Shown here piece after piece: positions 42,601 through 55,000 of a stretch of 64,000 bases of DNA; the first letter of the stretch is position 1, and every line of letters begins with the position of its first letter. The stretch comes from Octopus vulgaris (lineage: Eukaryota), in the NCBI GenBank assembly GCA_951406725.2, contig OX597822.1, positions 85,932,001-85,996,000 of the forward strand. Direction: 5' to 3'. The notes under the pieces are model-generated. The model saw nothing but the letters and a program-made list of their open reading frames with translations, was not told the origin of the DNA and did no database searches. A program made the translations under genes and the position numbers.

Positions 42601-43660
42601 GACATTCACAAAATTTTTGCTGTTTTAAATAATTTTCTGTGAGTAGACCATCAACAACACTTAACATCCATTTTCCAAGCTGGCATGGGTTGGATAGCTC
42701 AATAGGAACTTGTAAATCCAGTTCCAGAGTCTGTTGTGATATGGCTTCTACAGCTGGATGCCCATCCTAACACCAATCACTTTATAGAGTGTGCTGGGTG
42801 CTTTTTATGTGACACCATCACCAGTTCTAATTTACATCAAATACTTCACAAAAACAAATTGTTAGGTCATTTGTTATTTTCTGGGGTAATTGGTTCACAA
42901 TAGTTTTTAAGGTTCATTAAAGTTAGAATTCTACAAAAATCAATCTGAAATGAATTGCATTCCTATTACAGATAGAATAACTTACTTCAGTAAAGTTACA
43001 TTCACAAATATTATGGACAATACTTAACAACACAAGTTCCGGTATGACTTCAAAGACAAACTTTCCATAACTACAGCCTGTTATTAAATAAACAATACAA
43101 TTGACAATTACTTTGAGCTTTAATTAAGTCAAACATTTCTGAAAGAATCATCTTAATACTCCACTCCATTTTCATAACCAGAGGTAGATGAACATTTGCT
43201 ATTATCTGTTTGGTCCTTTTTGAAATTAGGAAAACTGAAGAAGTCTGGTTAATAATCAACTTGATCAGTTGGAGTTAATGGTTGCAAGAAAATTTGCAAG
43301 TAAAAGAATTTCCAGACAAATGCTCTTGAAGGAATGAAGAACTGAAAAACCTTGTAGTAGTAAATGTTCGAGGCGAGACATGCTGAAGGTTTAGTTAAGA
43401 TGAGAGACAGATGAGTTGAGTAAGCTTAGATGGATTGGGATTGAGTTTATGTGTTGCAAAGAACAGAAAATGACTGTTGTAAGCAGCAAATAAGACAAAG
43501 ACAAGGCATGGCCTGACAGGCGACAAGAAAGTCCAGACTAGCAATGAGTAAATGGTTGCCATTGTGTTAAATGGTCTTCTCTTCAAACACACACACAATG
43601 TGCATATATATTTTTTTTATATGTTTCAGCCCTAAGGTTATGGCCATGCTGGCGCACCAT

Positions 43661-43703
<43 letters not shown>

Positions 43704-46029
43704 AAAGAACAAGGAAGTTTAGACTATCACTGAGTAAAAGGTTGCCATTGTGTTGAATGGCTTTCTCTTCAAACACACACCCAATGTGCATATATATATT
43801 ATTTTATGTTTCAGCTCTAAAGTTATGGCCATGCTGGGGCACCATGGATATATATATATATATAAAAGAACAAGGAAGTTTAGACTATCGTTGAGTAAAA
43901 GGTTGTCATTGTGTTGAATAGCTTTCTCTTCAAGCACACATACACACATTAAGCACATATAAATATATATACACACATATATACACATACCTATAAGCAA
44001 GGAAAGAGAGAGAAAGAGAGCAACCACAAATATGTGAAAACCAGATGTGTTCAATGTGTAAGCCACAGTTGAAATAAAAAAACACAAACAGAATCAGATG
44101 AACACAAACAAATCAAAACAACACAAAATACATTTTGAAAATTAGATTTCAGAAAAGGGGATATAAACAGACAACAGAGCATCTCACAAATAATGTCAAT
44201 TCTACAGAAATACATTTAATTAACTGGGAAAAGAGAAAACGTTTATGAGCCTCACCTTGTCGCCTTTATTTGCATCAAAATTAATCGACTCAAACCAATC
44301 TTCAAGAGTTTCCAGACAAGCAGCGACTATTGCTTTTGTACAATGGGCAGTTTTCTATAAGAAAACAAAGTTTATGGTATAATTAATTGATAATTGTAAA
44401 GTATAATTAATTGGTAATTATAAAGTTTATTGCTCACCATAACAGAGCTGTAATGTATTGTTACAAATTATTGTACAAAACAAAAAAATTATTGAAACAA
44501 AACAAATAATAATATTCTTGGTGAATTCATGAGTAAAACAAGGAAGTTTACAAGACTATTTAGTATTTAGCAATTAATAGAATAAATAGGAAACCATATG
44601 TAAAAGATAAATCCATAATGTTAGAATTTTGACATTTTTTGAATTAGGTTTATATATCTCAGGAAGAGGTTGAGGGCGAAACTGTTTTTAAGAAAAAAAG
44701 CAGAAACATGACCTGCAACCAATAGGATGAAGGAAGGCATGTAGAATTTAGTGTCCAACCAAATATACCATGGATATGAATGCCCAATGCAAGAGATGCA
44801 AATTTAATATCCTTTTCTTCTCATCTATTTCCTCCCTACCCAAAACAGAATCCTTTCTTTCTATTTCACAGACATACTTGATCCATTAGGTTATCATTTG
44901 TTCCTGGTTTCTATGAATATAGCTAGAATTACAGTTCTATATTTAAGAGATGAGGAATTATGTACATTATTTACATTTTACGGATATTTGTTCTTATCTT
45001 GTTTGCTGCTAACACATTTTGGCTGATATACCCTCCAGCCCTCATCAGGTGTCTTGGGGAAATTTCAAACCTGGGTTCTCATTCCTAATAGATTATTATA
45101 TGCCCACGGGCATATGGTGTAGTGGTTAAGAGCATGGGCTACTAACCCTGAGATTCTGAGTTTGATTCTAGGCAGTGACCTAAATAATAATAATAACATC
45201 GAAAAATACCTTAGGAATGAGAACCCAGGTTCAAAATTTCCTCAAGATATATATCAGCTGAAACGTTGTGTTAACAACAAACAAGATGAGGACAAATATC
45301 CGTCAAATGTAAATAATATAGCTAGAAATATTGCATCATGCTTTGGTTGAGACAAAACTTCCTAGCCAAATTGCAGGGTGAAAACAAAACAAAAAAAAAT
45401 TAAAGTTATGATTTTAAGAAACCTGTCCATGTGACAAAGAAGTTTGCTTCCTAACAGAAATCAACAAGAAGTGTTATAAATTTCATTTAGAGAAACAAAT
45501 GTTTAACAGAAAATGCAACAAAGTGAAACCAAACTGAAATACTTACACTGTCCTTACAATGAGAGATCAAATACGACATTGGAGATGCCGAGATTTCAAG
45601 TTCAGCAGAAAAAGCAGCATAATACGTGTCTGGCTCAAATTCAACATGCTGAGTAAGTTCTCGTTCATTTAAATTACAACCTGAGAGAAAAAATTAGAAA
45701 GCAAAATAACAGTATTGGAATGGTAACTACTTATTCGCTTGTATCAAAGAAGTAAATTGATATAACTCCAAGAATGTATCTTAAAAGTTGCACTATGAAT
45801 CATTTGATATCAAAAATGCATTTTTAATACAATTGAAAAAATCATTACTTTGTATACACCACTGTAACTTTTATACTGGAGTGGTTGGCATTAGGAAGGG
45901 CATCCAGCTGTAGAAACCATGCCAAATCAGACTAGAACCTGGAGCAAGCTCATCAGCTCCAGTCAAACCATCTAACCCATGCCAGCATGCAGAGCAGATG
46001 TTAAATGATGATGATGGTGGTGGTGGTGG

Positions 46030-46062
<33 letters not shown>

Positions 46063-49000
46063 GATAGAGAATGTTCTAATTATAAGAAAGAAAAAACTTT
46101 TGCACACATCACTCACTGGATAAATATAGAAGATGTGCAATTAGCTTTAGTCTCATTTTTGTTAAGTCAATCAACAGATTAATTATAAACCATCTCTACT
46201 TTCATTAAACAAGATCTCTCCCCAACACTCTATTAGTAAAAAATACTAACACACACACACAAATCACATAGCACAAGAAAATAGTTTACCTTGGAAATAA
46301 ACAAGCAAGCAAAGCCATGTATTAACCAAGTTAACATTTTCCATAAATTGCAAGGCAATGGTATGATGAGACAACAAGTTGATCAAATCACTAACAATTG
46401 GCCAATAACAATGATCTTTCATGGCTTTAGAATCACAGTCTACGACATTATGGAAGTTCTTGAAATTGTCTGAAAGATGAAAGAAAATTTTATAATTTTA
46501 GTAAACGGGTAAAAAAGAAAAAAAGATACAAGCAGAACAATCAATTTACATTGATGGCAGTGTTTGAACGGTACTTTATTGACCATTGAAGGATGAAAGG
46601 TAAAGTGCAGTTTGATGGGATTGAACCTTTGAATGTAAAGGACCAATAACTAAATGAGGTAAAGAATTTTGTCCAAATGCAGGAATGTGCAAAAGAATAG
46701 AAATAAAATAGTTTTATGTAAAATAATAATTGTCAGACAAAAACAAGTACACTAGTATGGCTGTGTGGTGAACAAGTTGGCTTAGCAACGTGGTTTCAAG
46801 TTCAATCTAACAACACAACATCTTGAACAAGGAGTTTCTAATACAACCTTTGGTTGAACAATATCTTCTGAATGAAAAACTGTATTTGTATGTCTTCGAC
46901 TGATGCAGATCAATGAGGTTATATAAAACAGCAGGAAACTGGAAAACTGGTGACATTCTTTTCCTCTTTTTGCAAACAGTGAAGGCATGAGTCCAATTCC
47001 CAACAGTACAGTTATGTCTTTGAGTAAGACATCTCACATTGCTCCAATCCACTCTGCTGCCAAAAATGAGTTGTGTCTGTAATTCAAAAGGGGCCAGCCT
47101 TGTCACATTCTGTATCATGTTGAATCTCCCTGAGAACTATGTTAAGGGTACATGTGTCTGTGGAGTGCTCAGCCACTTGCACGTTAATTTCATGAGCAGG
47201 CTGTTTTACTGATCAGATCAACAGGAAACACTCTTCCTTGTAACTGATGCTGTGCCGGGGTTTTTACGACCAAAAAATTAGGGAATCAGGGACTGGGCAA
47301 TTAACAATCATACATAAAGGCACCAGTGTTCATAAATTACAATATGAAATAAAATAATGAAACATAACTTACTCTGTAATGTACTCTGCATGAAAACAGA
47401 TTCCACCATGTGGCGTAGACTGAAGACAAGGATGTAGAGCAGGTTGTAGTCTTTGCACATGGTCCTTGCTAACGTTTCATTGCTGAACAACTGAACACTG
47501 ATGTGGACCACACGATGTGCTACTGCATAGTGGTCTTTAGACTTGACCACAACCAATGATACTCGACTGTAGTGCTGCACAAAAGCCTTTGTAAAGGCTT
47601 GCTGTTAATGAGAGTAAAACAAGGAAAAAACATTGATAAACAGTCAGAGCACCAGAAACCCTCAGAAGAAAATACTCATAATCCTTATCATTTTGCTGTG
47701 TGATAAGAAGTGTGCTTCCCAACCACATGGTCCTGGGTTCAATCCTACTGCTGACAACTTGGGCAAGTGTCTTCTACTATAGTCCAGGGCTGATCAATAC
47801 TTTGTGAGTGGATTTGGTAGACAGAAACTGAAAGATGTCCATCATGTGTGTGCGTGTGTGTTACTGTCTCCTTATCATGACAGCTGTAAATGAGTGTCAC
47901 TGTCATACATACAGGGGAAATATTACTTTGCTAAGAAACAAGCGAGAGTTGGCAACAGAAAGGGCACCCAACTATGGAAAATCTGCCTCAAATTCCATCC
48001 ACTCCATGCTCACAGCTGAGAAGTCATAGATTGTCATAAGCAAGTGAGCAAAATATTGAAGGCCATTTTAGAACTGAAGCAGATAAATGGTAGCAAAGGG
48101 TTGTTGGGGAGGCAAAAGTGGTGGAAGGCTTTGTAATGGTGGTTGTTGTATTGAGGTGAACCAGCAGCGATGGACAAAGCACCATCCAAACATGGCCGAT
48201 GCCAGTACCCCGACTGGCCCCCATACCAGTGGCACGTAAAAAGCACTATCCGAACGTGATCTACCTTTCACTCTAAGTGAGAGACCCTTTGTCGCCAGTA
48301 GGGGTAGGAGCTTTCTAAACTTTGCCCAGGCTATTCTTATTCTAGTGGTAACACTCTCTGAGCATCCACCCCCACTACTAACTTGGTCACCTAGGTAGCA
48401 GAAACTATCAACTACTTCTAGTTTCTCCCCCAGGAGTGTAATGGAATCTGTTTTCTGAGTATCAATGGTGTCTATTGCACTTGTGCATCTGCCGCACACA
48501 AAATATATATATGTATATATGTGTGTGTGTTTGTCCTCCCACCATTGCTTGACAACCAATATTGGTGTGTTTGGAACATTTTATTGATGGGGAAGAATTT
48601 TTAAAAGCTTACCTTGTAATGATCATCTGGCAGAAGACTTAATAATAACGTAACAATCTTCTGTGGTAATTCCAACTTGACCATCCAAAAGACTAATTCA
48701 TCCAAGATTGTGGTGTGCAGTAGTTTCTGGTCTAAACAGATTTTGTCTGTATAGAATATAAAGATATGTTCATGAAGGTTATGGAATAAATAGAGAGGCA
48801 GAAAATGTCTTTAAAATGAATTCTAAATTTGGAAGAATGTTCTTTTTTGTTGTTCTCATGCCAGTAAAATAAATAATGTCATAAATGGATGGTTCCACTG
48901 ATGAGAAACTAAATCCATTGAAGAAATGAAGAATTCTTTGAAGAGTGTCAAGAAATTTCAAATCAAAAAATAAATTTAGAAAAAGAAGTAAAAAAAAAGT

Positions 49001-52000
49001 CAAATTTAAATAAATCTTTGAGTTCTGAATATGTTTTAAATTTAATCTTTTAGTGATTCCAAAGTAGAGAAGTAATGAAAAGGAAGATTACTTACTGCTA
49101 AAGACATCAAATGATGGAGGATAAGTCATCTCTTTCACAGCCTGTAAATAATTTTTCTGGCTTTCTGAGTGGTAGCAACCTTCACCTGAAATAGAAACCA
49201 TTTCAAATTATATTCATACAGAAGTCAAAGAAGAAAAGAATTTTAAAGTAAAAATACATGCACACACATCTAACAATCACCTAAGAGAATTCCAAAATGC
49301 AATTTCCAAGAAAGCAAACACTGTACCACAAGAACAGGTGTATGAGGTTGCCCTTGCTGTTTGGCTGTGTTTGAATCATTCCGACATTATAGCTGTAATC
49401 ATCTCAACTTTTTCTATGTCATGGAATACGCTATCTAATGTATTAATTTTTTACTTAATAAGGTCTGATTTAAGGAAGATTTGGTTTTTATTTCTAGCAG
49501 GTCTAGTGACTGCATGGAGGCTCCTTATATGTATTAATTTCTGAGATGAATTATTAAAACAATCCTTTTTTCTAGAAGTATTAATTGCTAAAATGATATT
49601 AATTACTATAAGCACTGATTTGGGAGAGAAAAGCGGGACTGGCTCACTGATAGGGCTCAACCCATATGCCTATTGCTTATTAAATAACCAATTCTAGTAT
49701 ACATTCTCTGGCAATCATTCAAAACTCCAACTTCGTATGTAAATCTCGTTTCTTATACTTTTTATTTCAACTCGGCTATTTTTATCTTTGGCCAGCTCCA
49801 TATCAAACCATCCAACTCATGCCAGCATAGAAAACAGATGTTAAATGAAAATGATGACGATGATGAAGAGAATTGATTTATCGGTTTCAAATTTTGGCAC
49901 AAGGCCAACAATTTCAAGGAAGCGGATAAGTCAATTAAATCAATCCCCAACACTTAACTGGTACTTATTTTATTGACCCCAAAAGTATAAAGAGCAAGGT
50001 TGACCGTGGCAGAATTTGAACTCACTATGTAGACGGACAAAATGCTGTTAAGCATTTTGCCTGGGGTGCTAATTAATGATTCTGCCAAATTGCCACCTTA
50101 ATAATAATCCTTTCTATTATAGACACAAGGCCTGAAATTTGAGGGGAGGGGACTAGTCGATTACATCAACCCCAGTGATTGACTGGTCCTCAATTTACTG
50201 ACCCTGAAAGGATGAAAGGCAAAACCAACCTCGGCGGAATTTGAACTCAGATCGTAACAACGGGCAAAATACCACCAAGCTAATAATAATAATAACAGTG
50301 GCGATTATTGTTGGGTCCTCAGGGACAGTAAGAGAAGGTACCAAGAGGAATGTAAAAGAAATTGGAATAGAGAGCCCAGGAGAACTGTTACAGAAGGTTT
50401 GCCTCCTTGGCACATCCAAAATAATCAGAAAAGTATTAGATTGTAGAGAAGAATAGATAGCATGGCACCATAGGCTGCAGGCAGCAAGCCTACTGCACAT
50501 GCAAGACTCCAGGAAGTCCAACAAAACCTGAATTAAAAAATAATAATAATAATAACAAGCAACAACTTAACAGTGGCCAAAAAGTTCAGGACCAAAAGCA
50601 GAGACTGCAGGGTTTATATTGGTGGCACAAGATCAAAGCTTGCTTACCAAAAACTACCAGGCTCACATTCTTCAAAACGGTTTTGACCCTAAATGCAGAT
50701 TCTGCAACACATTTGATGAAACAATAGACCATCTTGTCTCAGGATGTCCTGTGCTGACACCAAACAAATACTAAAGTTGCCACAATAGGGTAGGACACTA
50801 TTTACGTTGGAAAATATGTAAACACTACAAAATCAGTACTCCTGCTTACTGGTACGAACATCACTCCGAGTCAGCCACTGAAGGTAAAAATGTCGCTATC
50901 CTCTGGGATTTTCAAGTCAACGCTGACGGAACAATCCAGGCTAATTGACCAGACATAATGATTAAAGACAGGGAAGAAAATACTTGAAGACTAATAGATG
51001 TAAGTGTTCCCATTCATAAAAATATATCCATATAAGAATTTGACAAATTAAGTAAATATAAGGACTTGGAAATTGAGATACAAAAGACGTGGCATCTTAA
51101 TGCAAGAACTGTTCCTGTTATTGTAGGTGCCCTTGGTATGATAAGAAAGGGATGTCAGAAACATTTAGATAAGATCCCAGGAGACATGTTGTTGTTGTTT
51201 GGCTGTGTTTGAATCATGTCTCAAAGAAATCAAAAAAATTGTGCTGACAAATGCTGCCTACATCTTTAGAAAAACCTTATCAATTTAAATATCTGTGTTG
51301 TATTACATTAAGATATTTCATTACTGCCCCTGCCACTTCCCCTCCTCAAACTTTCGCTCATACTGTAATATTTCTTATTCTTCACTCGCCCTAAGATGCT
51401 GGGTGTGTCTCAGCAGGTGGTTGTAACAAACATACAGATTAAAAGTGAAAAAAAAATTGATGATAATGATTTGGAACAGAATGTCTGGTAGAGCTCCTAC
51501 AGAAAGTTTCTCTTAGGGACAGCAATGATTATCAGGAGGGTTCTAAGCACTTCAGAGACTGCTGAAAACTTGTGGATACCTAAGATTAGAGGTAGTAACC
51601 AGCTATCCACATAAATCCTATCAGGAATAAGACCGAACCTGAGCCAAACCAAATAATAGCAATTATGAATTGGGTAGCTAGTGGCAGAGAATGTGTCAGT
51701 AATTGTGGAAATGTTATGAATTATAATAATGTTGGTGTTGACAATGATAATGGTGGTGGTGGTGATGTTGGTGAATGTTAAAGTCATGTGACTTACTCTG
51801 AGTGAATTTCTCATAGATTACAGGATCAGTAAGAGTTTTGCCCATCTGCTTCATCATGACAGCACCCATCTCACAAAGACTGTGCAGGAAACTTAAATAA
51901 GAGTCTGCATCTTGCATTGCTATCTGACTGATATCGGCAGCCTCTGAAAAATGGAATCAAAATAAAATGAAGAAAAATAATTAGTAATATAATCAAGAGA

Positions 52001-55000
52001 GAAAAACATAAGCAGAAAACATGCACATACACAGCTCCACACTTTGGTAGAAGAAGCAGTGGTACCGGTAGATGAGGAATTAAATGTAGCCAGTAATATC
52101 ATGAAAGGTCATGGTAATAATTGGTGGAAGTAGTTGTATCATTGATTGGAAATAACAGAAACAACTTGTTCAAATGTTATACAACAAAATCTGATGTAAA
52201 GTGTTTTGATCACTTGACAAAATGATTTTGTAGTAATTAACTGAAAATAAGATGGCCAGATGATTATGAAACCCAATACAGTCTTCATTATAATGTCAAT
52301 TAATACTTTATGAATTGTCTTAAGGAGTTTACTAAATGAATTAATATCATTTAGCTGTTGATTAAGGATGATAATGAAAATAGATTTTTTTCATTTTTGT
52401 CTGAATTTTATTTTTAATTGTTATTGTGTTAATTACTGGTTTAATTAATAACTAATTAGCTGTTGTTACCATCCTAAAAAGTAGCTTCTGGTAAGATTGT
52501 TGACATAATATAGGAGAGATTAGTGGTTGTACATCATGTGTACAAAGACAGAGAGGTGCTTCTGCCATGCTTCTCACCCCAGGCAAGAAGCAAAAATACA
52601 AAGAAGAAATAACTGCAGTATGGGTGGTGTAGGTATATTCTTAGCCAATGAGTGAGTGAATGTCAAATCTAGAACAGGTGACAGAATAAGTAATCTCAGG
52701 TAAATAATAGCATCTGTGATGTGTTTTGTCCCTCTGAATTAGTGGAACAGCAAACAGACAGATTCTATAAGGCTCTTGTGCAAAGTACTTCAAGAATAGA
52801 TAACAGTGATTTTTATCACCAAAAGTTGATGTAATTTAATGATGAGGAAGAGGACAGTGATGAGTAGCAAATGTGGATCATAGTAAGGGAAATACTAAAT
52901 ACCAAAGCTGTTGCAATACCATCTTCTGAAAGCCAGCCAACTGGTTAGTTCTCATTATAAGAACTGACAGTTTTGGAAAGAAGAGAAGAAAGAAAGAAGC
53001 TCAGCAAGAAGCAAGATGTCAGGTGTATCAAATCAAGAGAGAACCTAAGAATAAAAATGTGGTTAAAATTCTGCACCGTGGAGATGAAAGGTGCAAAAAA
53101 CATTCTGAATTGCAAACCAGTTTGTGTGGATCTGACTGTCACTGGGGAAAGATATGTCCCAAAGTGTCACCTATGCACTTCAACTCAATGATAGTGAAAT
53201 GTGGCTTAGCAACAAGGTTACTGAAGAACTACTAGAGAGGGACTAACTACTCACTCAAGTGGAACCAACAGAGAGAGAGACTCCGATGTATTAAGAAAAT
53301 GGCAGCAGATCTATCAAGCCTGGCGGATTAAGATGTTTAAGCATGAGACTATGAAGCTGGTATGATAAGCTCTGTATTTTGCATAGAACAGAACAAGTTT
53401 TTATCCCTAATGACTAATGTAACCATATAATCATCAACTTCTAAAAGGCTTAAGGAAATGCACAAGAAAATAGCAATTACACCTCAAATAAATATACCAA
53501 GCCTTGGATCTAGCAGAAAGAATTTTAGTAAAGTTAATTCAGAATAGGGTAAATCTGAAAAAAGACACAGTTTGGGGGATATGACCATCACTGTGTTATC
53601 TGGTCAGTAATAAGGAAACTAGGCGTAGATGAAGGACTTGTGAAAGGGTTACAATGTGCATGAGTGCTGATAGCAAAGTCAGAGTGGACAACAAATTTAA
53701 AAGAGATGCTAGGTATCCAGCAAGGCTGTGTGATCAGCCCTTCTTTTCTTTATTATCCTTTCATTGTTACTAATTGTTATATTGCTCTAGAAAAGAAAAT
53801 GAGTTTGAATCTCATCCTCGTTGCCAAAATAACTTCATTATTGGCTGGCATTCAAGTTGATAATTCGGTATTAAAACATAACTGAGTTATATTGGCGATA
53901 AGGATAAGATTCAAACTCATTTTCTTTTCTAGAGTGTATTTATGTCACTTTGGACTACTCTCCAATGATATCCAGACTCACACAAACACATATGTATAAC
54001 TATACCAAAAATGGAAAGCACAATATACATATGTAACCACACCAAAATTTGAATCATCAAAACAGAGATGGGTTCTGCAACAACCCATTCAGGAGGGTAA
54101 TAATTCCAATAAAAAGTTGATACAGGATAAATGTGGCTCTTTAGACTTGCTACAGACCATTTCAAATACATCCAGATCATTGGAAGAGATGCACAAATTT
54201 GGCCAGATAATAAGATAGCAAGGAGTGGTGAGATCTGTCCAACTCCTCTGCCAGGATGGGAAAACTCATGGAAAATTATGAGGATGATAGTATTCCTGGT
54301 TAAGTTGCAATCAACTGAAGGCATGGAGAAAATTATCCCTCATCATTATAAGAAATATGACAAATATATTCAAACACCAAACAGTGACACTACTAATTCT
54401 TAACTAAAATATCAAATTTTGAACAGTTAATACCATGTGATACAGACCTACTTTAGCAAATTCTCTTAAGTGGTATAGCAGGCGGATAAATAGTCGTGGC
54501 ATGACTACTTCTGGTAGTGCCATCACTTCACGTGGTGGAACCAACTGGTATCGGTTAGGTCCAGGAAGGTGTCGGGAGCAAAACCTGTTTAGAGAAATAA
54601 GCAAACTCAATTATTTCAATGAGATTACAATAAAATTCAATAAATATTTACATAAAACAAAAATAAATCAACTAAAAAGAGAAAAATATTGCCTGTTTTT
54701 ATGACAAGAATGTTGAGTGAAGTTTAGTCAAGTAAGATAAAAACAGGGGGTTCTTTTATACAGGGATATCATCACAAAGCAAGGCATTTGGACAAGCAAA
54801 TTAAATTGGTATTAACTCGAAAATATTTAGTTCTCTTTAACTGAAAAGACCAGGGACATACAAGCCAGAGATAGAATTAACAAAATTGAGCTTAATTTTC
54901 AGTTGAATTGTGCTGTTAAGACTGAAAGTGAAAAAAATTAGAATTTTGTATGATAAGTTATGGGAAGAATAGCAGTAATATTTTATTAATACTACTAGAG

